DNA of 64,000 nucleotides from Hypanus sabinus (Eukaryota). Of the stretch, positions 39,050-50,089 are shown one piece after another. The DNA lies in assembly GCF_030144855.1 (NCBI RefSeq), contig NC_082710.1, positions 161,882,001 through 161,946,000 of the forward strand. The letters run 5' to 3'. Numbering within the stretch: the stretch's first letter is position 1; each line of letters begins with the position of its first letter. Position numbers and translations under genes: made by a program. The notes under the pieces were generated by a model. The model ran no database searches, was not told the DNA's origin, and saw nothing but the letters and a program-made list of their open reading frames with translations.

Positions 39050-39840
39050 AACCTGGTACTGATTTATCCCTGCAAGCGGAAGAAGTGCTACACCTGCCCC
39101 TACACCTCCTCCCTCACTACCATCCAGGGCCCCAACAGTCCTTCCAGTTGTGGCGACACTTCACCTATATGGTCATTTACCGCTTCCGATGCTCCCAGTG
39201 TGGCCTCCTGTATATCGGTGAGACCCAACAGAGATTGGGAGGCTACTTCACCGAGCACCTACCCTCCACCCACCAGAAAAAGCCACCAATTGCAATTCCA
39301 CTTTCCACTCCCATTCCGATATGTCAGTCCATGGCCTCCTCCACTGTCGCAATGAGGCCACACTCAGGCTGGAGGAGCAACACCTTGTATCCGTCTGGGT
39401 AGGCTCCAACCTGATGGCATGAACATCAATTTCTCAGACTTCTGGTAATTACCCCCCGTCATGACTCCCCATTCTCCATTCCTGTTGCTTTCTCTCGCCA
39501 TCACCTCCCGCTGGTTTCTCCTCCCCTTCCCTTTCTCCCATGACCTTCTACCCTCTCCTGTCAGATTCCTCCTTTATCTCTTTCACCTATCAACTTCCCA
39601 GCTCTTTACTTCGCCCCTCCTCTCTTCCAGTTTCACTTATCACTAATCACCTTCTTCCCCTCACCCCACCTTCTTACTCCGACTTCTCATCTTTTTTCCA
39701 GTCCTGATGAAGGGTCTCGGCCCGAAACATTGACTGTTTATTCATTTCCATAGATGCTGCCTGACCTGCTGAAGTCCTCCAGCATTTTGTGTGTCTTCCT
39801 CTGAATTTCCATCGTCAGCAGATTTTCCCATGTTTGTGAT
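39050..39840 (+). mobile_element. Penelope-like element 3-prime part (GIY-YIG endonuclease and pLTR)
   Basis: VIYRFRCSQCGLLYIGETQQRLG; terminal CTGATGAAGGGTCTCGGCCCGAAAC motif. Confidence 0.85.
39699..39736 (+). ncRNA. Minimal type I hammerhead ribozyme motif (stem III palindrome mutated)
   Basis: CAGTC-CTGATGA-AGGGTCTCGGCCC-GAAAC-ATT-GACTG: 5-bp stem I, core, stem II. Confidence 0.6.
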
Positions 39841-41221
39841 AACAATTACATTTTTATCTAACAGCTTTATCATCTTTCATTTTTCGTTGGCTAAGTGTTA
39901 AACATGCTGCACGTGTGTGTCACCCACGAGGTTTATCTCAGAAATCTGCCTGTACAAAAGTGACAGCTTCTGCAAAAATCACCACCCTAGTTCTCTTTGT
40001 TCTTAGTTCTTTAATCTTTAGTTTCATGTGCTCTGAACCCACTTCTCGTTTTAAACTTCCAACAGAAGATCGTGAAGCAATAAGTTTCCAGATCTCAGGC
40101 TCCTAAAAGAACCTGCAGATCAAAAATCACCAGAACCAGCAACCAGCTCACTATTTTTGCTCTCTTTTTGCTCGGCTTATTTAAGTTAAATTTAAATACA
40201 TATTTCTCATTGTAATTTATAGTTTTTAATGTATTGCACTGTACTGTAAATGAAAGAACAAATGTCGTATGTTAGTGATATTAAACCTGATTCTGATTCT
40301 GCCAATATATAATTCGAATGGTTTTTGAAATAAATTACACCATCTGCAGCAGGCAGCTCATAGCCCTGTTAGAATATCTGGTGGGGGGGTCTTTGGAGTT
40401 CTAACATTTACCTGCCGTTCACTCTTTGGGGCAGTCCTCTGCTTTCGTTGCAAAGAAAAAGAATTTCAGGATGTATTCTCTGACATTAAATGTACCTTTG
40501 AATCCTTCGAAACTTTTGAAATCACTGGAAGAACAAGTAAACCTCTCCCATCCGACATCAGCAGTGAACTCGGGATATTGTCCGTGTGCCTGGCACCCGA
40601 GGCCTAAATCAGATGATCTGTTCAGGTGGAAAGAATTACAAGGTAGACAGAGGAACACATTCAAGAATATGCTGAAAGCCTCCATAAATAAATGCACCGT
40701 TGCCAGTGGATTAGTGTCAATGGGAGCCTGACATCCATCGTGGACCAAATATGCTAAAAAGTTTGCTTCCATGTAGTCTGGCTCGAGGACTTCTGGGAAT
40801 CTTTGGCTCACTTTGGGGTAGCACAGTGGCATCGCTGGTGGAGCCAAAGTCTCACACGGCCAGTGGCCGAGTTCAATCCCTGCCCCTGGGGCTGTGGGTC
40901 TGGAATCTGCACACTCTCCCTGCGACCACATGAGCTTCCTCTGCGTGCTCAGGTTTCCTCACACATTCCAAAGGAATGGGGGTGGGAACTGGAATTGCTT
41001 CCACCTTACATCGTGAAAATCCACAGAATGGATGCGTCACCCAGTCCCTTTGAGAAATCCTGTATCCCTGAAAGATACTCTTCCTTATCAATATTACCAT
41101 TATAATAAGTTCATATTCATGTTTAATTAAATTTAATTAATCATTCAACCATCCATGAATACCAATGAATACAGCCAAATGAAACAGCCTTCCTCTGGCA
41201 TCTAAGTGCAACAACAAGGTG

Positions 41222-42095
41222 TAGGTTGTACCTTGAAATTCCAAACTCTGAAAACCCCCAAAATTCTAATTCTTTTCCCCCAAGTGCTGACATGACATGG
41301 AAACTTCCACAAGGTGCTGGAGAAGTTCTCAGTTGAAATGCAGGTCTCTGGCCAGACAGTTCTGAGAAGTGACGTCACAAATGTAATGAACAGAAGTTAA
41401 TGAAAAATAGAAAAACATTGCATGAAGTTCTCAATTGTATATCGAAAGTAAGCTTTCGTCAGCTTTGGAATGAACATACGCTGCTTAGCAGTATGTTGAT
41501 CATGAAACAAGCGAAGATCTATCACGATGAACCGAAAATTGAAGGTAATTGTGATTATTTATCAGGCTGGTCTCCGAAATTTAAGAAAAGGCACCGCATT
41601 AAGTTTTTAAAGATTTTTAAAAGTGTCTGCTGATCACGAAGCAACAGAGGTTCATTGATAAGTTTGCAGATACTGTCGCTGATGAAATTCTAACATCAGA
41701 ACAAGTTTAAAATGCTGAATGTTTTAATACCTTACATAAAACCTATAAAAAAAAGTCAAATGCAACTAGTGTGCTGTGAGCGTTTCATGAAAAGATGGCA
41801 TCATAGGTAGAGACTGAAATCCTGCCATTGTTTGTTGTTCAACAGCTGATTCAGGTATTCTCCGATGCTGCTGTAAGGCTTTTGTTACCCTGCACACATT
41901 ATATTTTCATTATATTAGTGTTGTGTTATAATTTTTACATGATGTACAGATGTGTGCTGAACAACTGTAAGACAAAGTCTGCTTAACGGTAGCACAAAAA
42001 TTCAGAGTTGGAAATGATGGTGATCCTGAACTATCTCATTATATATTCCAAAATCTGGAAAATCCAAATTCTGGAACACTTCCAGCCCCAACTTG
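41222..42095 (+). mobile_element. Tigger/pogo-family (Tigger3/Golem-like) deletion derivative
   Basis: CENP-B-type HTH fragment IMKQAKIYH...SGWSPKFKKRHRIKFLKI; Tigger-like termini (ATATTCCAAAATCTGGAAAATCCAAATTCTGGAACACTTCC). Confidence 0.65.
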
Positions 42096-43959
42096 TACCA
42101 TCAGTATCACATTGGAGAGGGTTTAGAGAAGAGTCACGAGAATGATTCCAGGAATGAAAGGGTTACCGTATGAGGAGCATCTGGCAGCTCTTGGGCTGTA
42201 TTCCCTGGAGTTCAGGAGAATGAAGGGGGATCTCATAGAAACATTCCGAACGTTAAAAGGCCTGAACAGATTAGATATGGCAAAGTTATTTCCCATGGTC
42301 GGGGAGTCTCGGGGAAGGAGGATGTCCTTTTAGAACTGAGATGCGGAGAAATTACTTTAGGCAGAGGGTGGTAAACCTGTGGAATTTGTTGACATTGGCG
42401 GCTGTGGAGGCCAAGTCATTGGGTGTATTTAAGGCAGAGGTTCTTGATTAGCCAGGGCATCAAAGGGTATGGGGAGAAGGCAGGGGAGTGGGGATGACTG
42501 GAAGAATTGGATCAGCCCATGATTGGATGGTGGAGTAGACTCAATGGGTCAAATGGCTCCTATATCATTTTCATTTTTAGAATCTTTTTATTGATACATA
42601 ATCTTCTACAGCTATAAAATGATACAAAATTTAAACAAATTGATATATATACAATTAATAAAGCTGAAGAAAAAAAAGCTGATTGTAATATATGAAAATG
42701 AAACAATATTTTATAAGGAAAAGAAGGAAGAAACTATATAAAACTATAGTCTTATAGTCATACACAGGACAAGGCAGATTGCAGTAAAAATAGTCTAAGT
42801 CCCTGAGTGACATTCCTAGTGCATGGGTGTTGTCAGCAAAAACAACACAGTTACGTCTCTTTTTCTTTGTCACCCTTCATTCTCAGGGTCATCAGCTCCC
42901 CCTTCAACCTCACTCCTGCAGGGCATCTGCCGTGAAGGAACCAGCAGGCTTCAAGCATTCTTGGGATTACAAAATGGTAGGATGATCGGTCCTTCGCTTG
43001 TACAGCATGGTACTTCACCGCGACTCCTGGAAGATCCGCCAAGAGTTCAGGCGTTAGCGTGCTGCTACCAGCTTCACACGTGCCCCCATGAGGACCGGAC
43101 TGCCGTTGGAAAGCGTACTGCGGATCACAGAAAACTGCTGTGTACATTCTCGCTTCTCTGTGTAACTCACACTGTATCTTGTGACTTACTCATTACGATA
43201 TAGACGGCACTCATTCGGTCAAAGGTCAAAGTCAAATCCATTGTCGCATGCACAAGTAGAGATATGCCCAGGTGCAATGAAAAACTTACTTGCAGCAGCA
43301 CGGCAGGCCCATGGCATCAGACAAGCATTACTGAGTCTGTCGGGGACATACAACCTCCCAGAACAGCAGTCTCATCTCTTCCACCTCTGCTTATTCTCTG
43401 TAGCCCATCTTATTATTCACTGATCCCATCAATTCACTTGCCATTACTTTGCTACTAATCTGCAGGCAGTTTACATTACAGTGTCACATTAGCGCCACCG
43501 TGACCATCAGCCTCCGTAGTATCCAGGACATCTTCAAAGAGAGATGCTTCAAAAAAGCAACGTTTATCATTAAGGACCCCGTCACTCAGGTCCTGCCCTG
43601 TTCTCATGGCTACTATCAGGAAGGAGGTACAGGAGCCTGAAGACACACTATCAATGATTCAGGAACAGCTTCTTCCCCTCTGCCATCAGATTTCTGAATG
43701 TACATTGAACCCATGAACACTACCTCACTACCTTTTTATTTCCATTTCTGCTATTTCTGTGGCTGTGTCCTTTTGTCTTAGACTCTCCCTCCATAGGAAA
43801 AATCCTCTCCATATCCAGTCTATCAAAGCCTTTCACCATTTGATCGGTTTCAATGAGGTAATCCCTCATTTTTATGAATCCTACTGAATACAGGCCCAGA
43901 GCCCTCAAACGCTCTTTATATGACAAACCATTCAATAAAGTACAGCCGATGTCTTGATT

Positions 43960-45575
43960 TCTTTATAGCTGCATCGACATGTTGGGTCCAGGTTAGATCC
44001 TCAGAGATCTTGACACGCAGGAACTTGATGCTGCTCACTCTCTCCACTTCTGATCACTCTATGAGATTGTTATGTGTTCGTTTCTCTTACCCTTCCTGAA
44101 GTCCACAGACAGCTCTTTCTTCTTACTGACGTTAAGTGCCATGTTGTTGCTGCGGCACCACTCCACTAGTTGGTAGAGTTTCTCACTCCTGTACGCATCT
44201 CGTCAACACCTGAGATTCTACCAACAATGGTTGTATCGTCAGCAAAGTTATAGATGGTATTTGAGCTATGCCTAGCCACACAGTTATGTGTACATAGGGA
44301 GTAGAGCAGTGGGCTAAGCACACACCCCTGAGGTGCATCAGTGTTGATCATCAGCGAGGAAGAGATGTTATCACCAACCTGCACAGATTGTGGTCTTCCG
44401 GTTAGGAAGTTGAGGATCCATTTGCAGAGGGAGGTACATAGGCCTAGGTTCTGCAACTTCCCCATCAGGACTGTGGGAATGATGGTATTAAATGCTGAGC
44501 GATAGTTGATGAACAGCATCTTGATGTAGGTGTTTGTGTTGTCCAGGTGGACTAAAGCCGTGTGGAGAGCCATTGAGATTGCTTCTGCCATTGACCTATT
44601 GTGGTGATAGGCAAATTACAACGGGTCCAGGTCCTTGCTGAGGCAGAAGTTCAGCCTCGTCATGATCAACCTCTCAAAGCATTTCATTACTGTAGATGTG
44701 AGTGCTACTGGGCAATAGTCTTTCTTTCTTTCTTTTTAAATCTTTTTATTAATTTTTAGGGCAATATTCATTAAGCAGCCCTCATTATTCTTCTTAGGCA
44801 CTGGTATAATTGTTGCCTTTCTGAAGCAAGTGGGAACTTCCACCCTTAGCAGTGAGAGGTTGAAAATGTCCTTGAATACTCCCGCCAGCTGGTTGGCACA
44901 GGTTTTCAGAGCCTTACCAGGTACTCCATCGGGACCTTCCGCCTTGCGAGGGTTCACTCTTTAAAGATAGTTTAACATCGGCCTCTGAGACAGAGATCAC
45001 AGGGTCATCAGGTGCAGCAGGGATCTTCACAGCTGTAGTTGTGTTCTCCCTTTCAAAGCGGGCAGAGAAGGCATTGAGTCCATCGGGTAGCGAATCATCG
45101 CTGCCGTTCACGTTATCGGGTTTCACGTTGTAGACAGCAATACCTTGCAAACCCTGCCAGAGTTGTCGAGCATCCGATATCGCTTCCGACCTCATTTGAA
45201 ATCATCTCTTTGCCCTTGAATTAGCCCTCTGCAAATCATACCTGGTTTTCTGGTTCAGGCCTGAATTGCCAGACTTGACTGCCACAGATCTAGCCTTCAG
45301 CAGACGACGTACCTCCTGGTTCATCCACAGCTTTTGGTTTGGAAATGTACAGTAAGTCTTTGTTGGCACACACTTTGCCCACACAGGTTTTAATGAAGAT
45401 GTTAACAACTGCAGCATACTCATCCAGGTTGGAAGATGAATCCTTGAATACAGCCCAGTCCACCGATTCAAAGCAGTCCTGTAGGCACTCCTGTGCTTCT
45501 TTTGTCCATACCTTCTTGGTCCTCACTGCTGGTGCTGTAGTCTTCAGTCTCTGGATCTGCCTTCGATCTGCCTAG
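43960..45575 (-). mobile_element. Rex1/Babar LINE RT region, degraded
   Basis: [55 protein letters not shown]. Confidence 0.9.
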
Positions 45576-45578
45576 AGC

Positions 45579-46609
45579 AGGCCGTCCTCAAAAACTGAGT
45601 GACCATGCAAGAAAGGGACCAGTGAGGCAGGACACCAAGAGACCAATGACAACCCTGGAGGAGTTACAAGCTTCAGTGGCTGAGGTGGGAGAGACTGCAC
45701 GTATAGAACTGTTGCCCAAGTGCTTCACCAGTCACAGCTTTATGGGAGAATGCAAAGAGAAAGCCAGTATTGATAAAAAAAACTCTCATGAAATCTTGGT
45801 GAGAGTTTGCCAGATGGCATTTGGGAGACTTGGAAGTCAGGTGGAAGAAGATTCTATGGTCTGATGAAACTATAATTGAGCTTTTTGGCCATCGCACTAA
45901 ACAGTATGTTTGGTATACGCCAAACACTGCACATCATCAAAAACACATTGTCCCTCCCGTGAAGCATGGCCGTGGGTGCGTCATGCTGTTGGGATGCTTC
46001 ATTGCAGCAGGCCCTGGAAGGCTTGTGAAGATAGAGGATAAAATGAATACAGCAAAATACAGGGAAATCCTGGAGGAAAACCTGATGTAGTCTGCAAGAG
46101 AACTGTGACTTGGGAGAAAATTAGTTTTCCAGCAAGACGATGACCCCAAGCGTAAAGCCAAAACTACACAGGGATGGCTTAAAAACAATACACAGTAGTT
46201 AAAGCCCTGGAGTGGTCAAGTCAGAGTCCAGACCTCAATCCAATTGAGAATTTGTGGCTGGATTTGAAAAGGGCTATTTGCTCACGATCCCCATGTAATC
46301 TGAGCAGTTTTCTAAAGAAGAATGTGGAAAAATTGTAGTGTCCGGATGTGCAGAACTGATAGACACCGATACACACAGACTCAAGGCTGTCGTTGCTGCC
46401 AAAGGTGCATCTACTACATACTGACTTGAAGGGAGTGAATACTTACAGTGTACTTGTGTTTTATATTTGTAATTAACTTAAATCTCTTTGTAGAGATCTG
46501 TTTTCACTTTGACATGAAACTTTTTCTGTTAATCAGTGTCAAAAAAGCCAAATTAAATCAACTGAGATTCAATGTTGTAAAAAAATAAAACATGCACTTT
46601 TTGGCATTG
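45579..46609 (+). mobile_element. 5-prime-truncated Tc1 transposon, Passport-like
   Basis: [64 protein letters not shown]; right end GGCATTG|TA. Confidence 0.88.
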
Positions 46610-46630
46610 TATATATATATACACACACAT

Positions 46631-46660
<30 letters not shown>
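46610..46660. repeat. (TA)n/(CA)n microsatellite at the TA end of a Tc1 element
   Basis: TATATATATATACACACAC. Confidence 0.9.
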
Positions 46661-46661
<1 letters not shown>

Positions 46662-47318
46662 CAGATATGTAGTGTGTGTATGTATATGTGGACAGTGTTT
46701 ACACATACAAAATAAACTGCAAAAATTCTATTTAAATCAGAATCAGGTTTAATACCACTGACATATGTCATGATTTTTTTTTTGATTTGCAGCTGCATTA
46801 CAGTGCAATGCACAAAATCTATAAATTACAATAATAAAAATATTTTAAAAATTCAATTAACTGATTAGTGTTAAAATAGAGCAGAAATAGAGTGGTAGCG
46901 TTCATGGTTTGTTCATGCAGAGATCTGATGGCCTCGGGGTGGATCGATATCCTGAACGGTGAGTGTGTGTCTTCAGGCTCCTGTACCTCCTCCCTGATGG
47001 TGGTAATGAGAAGTGGGCGTGTGCTGGATGGTGAGCGTCTTTAGAGATCAGTCTTGACGGATCGCCTCTGGAAGATGTCCTTATGATAGATCTGGCTAAA
47101 CCTACAGCCTTTTGCAAGCATTGGAGCCTTCGTACAGGGGCTGTCCTCAACCAGAACCACCCAATCAACTTAACGTTACCAGGGTAATAGAAATCACCTG
47201 AATTTATTGTTTTTTTACTTCCCGGTTATTCCAGTTTTACGCAATTCCAGTCCCCACCTATTTAGATGGGGCTTTGGCCGTCGAGCGGAGAGTTCTCGAG
47301 AAGCTGAAAAGACTGCAG

Positions 47319-47379
47319 ATGAAGTGTCTGTTCGCGTTGGCTTTGTTTTGCTCACTGCTGATGGTGATCGGCACGGGAG
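47319..47379 (+). CDS. Gene B exon 1: signal peptide (MKCLFALALFCSLLMVIGTG), phase-1 donor
   Basis: Classic hydrophobic leader, GAG|GTAGGA donor, locally CpG-rich upstream sequence. Confidence 0.85.
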
Positions 47380-47574
47380 GTAGGAAGTAATGCGCCCTAA
47401 ATGATGAGCATGCTCCACAGTCATTCTCGGTTTCACCGCGTGAACGCTGAGACCGAAACCAGCTCCTGCCGTAAGCAAACACAAGGAAATCTGCAGATGC
47501 AGGAAATTCAAACAACACAGACAAAATGCTGGTGGAACACAACAGGCCAGGCAGCATCTATAGAGAGAAGCACT

Positions 47575-47608
47575 GTCGACGTTTCAGGCCGAGAACCTTC
47601 GTCAGGAC
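47575..47608 (-). ncRNA. Minimal type I hammerhead ribozyme motif, core intact
   Basis: Minus strand GTC-CTGACGA-AGGTTCTCGGCCT-GAAAC-GTC-GAC: all core nucleotides, paired stem II, ACGT palindrome, 3-bp stem I. Confidence 0.65.
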
Positions 47609-48111
47609 TCCCACACAGACGGTCAGAAACCGTTTGTGTGTGCTGCCGGCCGTAAGCACACTGGAAGCGGTTGCATCACATTTGAGAATTTCGGGAGTAA
47701 GTGAAGAGGTTGCAAAGACTCAGCGGGTCCGACCGCATTGGTGGTGGGGGTGGGTGAGTGGGTAGGGGAATCGCTATGATGTAAACAAAGTATGAGAGAG
47801 AGACAGACAACAACAGGAAGGTGGTAGGAAGAAACGTTAGGGTTTTCAGTTTGCTGATTTTCAGCAGTTGTGTGTCAAGGTCATTGACCTCCAACTGAAC
47901 ACTTTCACTCTCCTCTGATGCTGCCTAACCTGTTGAACGATTGCACTATTATCCGTTTTAATTCTAGACCTGTGTCCAGTGCAAATGCCTGTTATTGGGA
48001 GGAGTTCTTATCTCTATATCATACTGTATATCACCTTGCCTTGACCCCTGCCCATATTTCACCCTTTTCAAGGATGCAACGTAATTGATTTTTTTTCTTC
48101 CTAATGCTCAG

Positions 48112-48394
48112 CAGAAAGGAAGCAAGTTAATGGCATTGTTGGTGAAAATGTTTCGTTGGTGTCTGGAAACAGTGCCGATCTCCACGGTCGTGAAGTTGTG
48201 TGGGAGCAACAGTGGAACTGAATTCACCATTTTGGATGTTGGACCAAACCACCCAAAAGTGAAGCCAAACAAATATTTTGAAGATCATTTAAATTTTAAA
48301 CAGTCCACTGGAGATTTATTATTAAGCAATTTAAGGACAAGTGACCAGGGAATTGATGGTCGGGAGCTGAGAAAAATACATTTGGGAATCTTTG
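48112..48394 (+). pseudogene. Gene B V-set exon copy 1, frameshifted
   Basis: Intact CTCAG acceptor and TG|GTGAGT donor, but an 8-nt deletion after VVWE and a 15-nt deletion removing YTISV relative to copy 2. Confidence 0.85.
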
Positions 48395-49548
48395 GTGAGT
48401 ACCTTGTGTCACTGAACATTTATGTTAAGATTGGATGCTGTTCAGCTTGGACAAGTTCTCATGAACAAACACTAATTGCTGCAGGAACTCTGCACATCAG
48501 ACATCATCTACGGAGAGGAATGATACTAATGAAGGGTCTCAGCTTGAAACATCAACTGTACATTCCTCTCCATAGATGCAGCCTGACCTGCTGAGTTCCT
48601 CCAGCACTAGTGTATTGTGAGTGTTACTCTGGATTTCCGTAAGATATAGGAGCAGAAATAGGCCCTTCAGCCCACAGAGTCTGCTCTGCCATTTCATCAT
48701 GACTGACCCATTTCCCTCTCGACCCCATTCTCCTGTTTCTGACACCTTGTCAAAGGCCTTCTGAAAATCCAAGTACACAATATCCACCAATTCTCTTCAT
48801 CTATCTTGCTTATTATTCAAATAATTCCAACAGATTTGTCATGCTAGATTTCTCCTTAAGGAAGCTATGCTGACTTTAGCCAATTTTGTCAGGTGCCTCC
48901 AAGTTGCCCAAAACTACATCCCCAACAATCATATCCAACTCTTTCCCAGCCACTCAGGTCAGGCTAACAGGCTTGTGATTTCCTTTCTCTGCCTCCCTCC
49001 CTTCTTGAAGAATGGAATGACATTTGCAGTTTTCCAGTCCTCCAAATCCATGCCAGAATCTGTTGTTTCTTGAAAGTTCATTACTAATGCCTCCATAATC
49101 TCTTCACCTACCTCTTTTTGAATGCTGGGTTATTGTCTGGCAGGTCCAAGTGGGTTTAGACCTTTCTGTTTCTCAAACACCATTTCCCTTGTAATAGCAA
49201 CTGCATTCACTTTTGCCCCTTGATACTCTTGAACGTCTGGCATACTGTGAGTGTCTTCCACAGTGATACAAAATACTCACTCGGTTCATCCACCTTTTCC
49301 TTGTCCCGCATTGCTATCTCTCCAGCGTCATTCTCCAGTGGTCCAACACTACTCCAGCCAATATATCTCAAAATGTATTGGTATTTTTGGCCAGCTTACC
49401 TACATATTTCATTCCCACTCCACCCACAAATGTTTTTTTTAGAATTGGCTTCTGATTAAAAGTGTATATGACCTTGCCTTGACCCCTGCCCACATTTCAC
49501 CCCTTTCGAGGATGCCACGTAATTGATTTTTTTCTTCCTAATGCCCAA

Positions 49549-49854
49549 CTGAAATTAAGCAAGTTAATGGCATCATTGGTGAAAATGTTTTGTTGGTGTC
49601 TGGAAACAGTGCCGATCTCCACGGTCGTGAAGTTGTGTGTGAGTTCACTAGCAACAGTGGAACTGAGTTCACCATTTTGGATGTTGGACCAAACCACCCA
49701 GAAGTGAAACCAAACAAATATTTTGAAGATCGTTTACATTTTAAACAATCCACTGGAGATTTATTATTAAGCAATTTAAGGACAAGTGACCAGGGAATTT
49801 ATACTATCAGCGTTGATGGTCGGGAGCTGAGAAAAATACATTTGCGAATCTCTG
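49549..49854 (+). pseudogene. Gene B V-set exon copy 2 (CD2/CD48/SLAM-like); open frame but acceptor AG mutated to AA
   Basis: EIKQVNGIIGENVLL...EVVCEF...FEDRLHFKQSTGDLLLSNLRTSDQGIYTISVDG...IHLRIS; 102 codons, phase 1-1; CCCAA where copy 1 has CTCAG; C-strand Trp changed to Cys. Confidence 0.8.
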
Positions 49855-50089
49855 GTGAGTACCTTGTGTCACTGAATGTTTATGTTAAGATTAGATGCTG
49901 TTCAGCTTGGACAAGTTCTCATGAACACACACTAATTGCTGCAGGAACTCTGCACATCAGTCATCATCTGTGGAGAGGAGTGATACTGATGAAGGGTCTC
50001 AGCTTGAAATGTCAACTGCACATTCCTCTCCATAAATGCAGCCTGACCTGCTGAGTTCCTCCAGCACTAGTGTATTGTGAGTGTTACTC

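Noticed and set aside
49259-49276. RSS-like CACAGTG plus ACAAAATAC near the V exons (also near 53387)
   Set aside because: The spacer is 2 nt rather than 12 or 23, and the site lies inside CR1; no RSS flanks any V exon, so there is no sign of V(D)J-type rearrangement.
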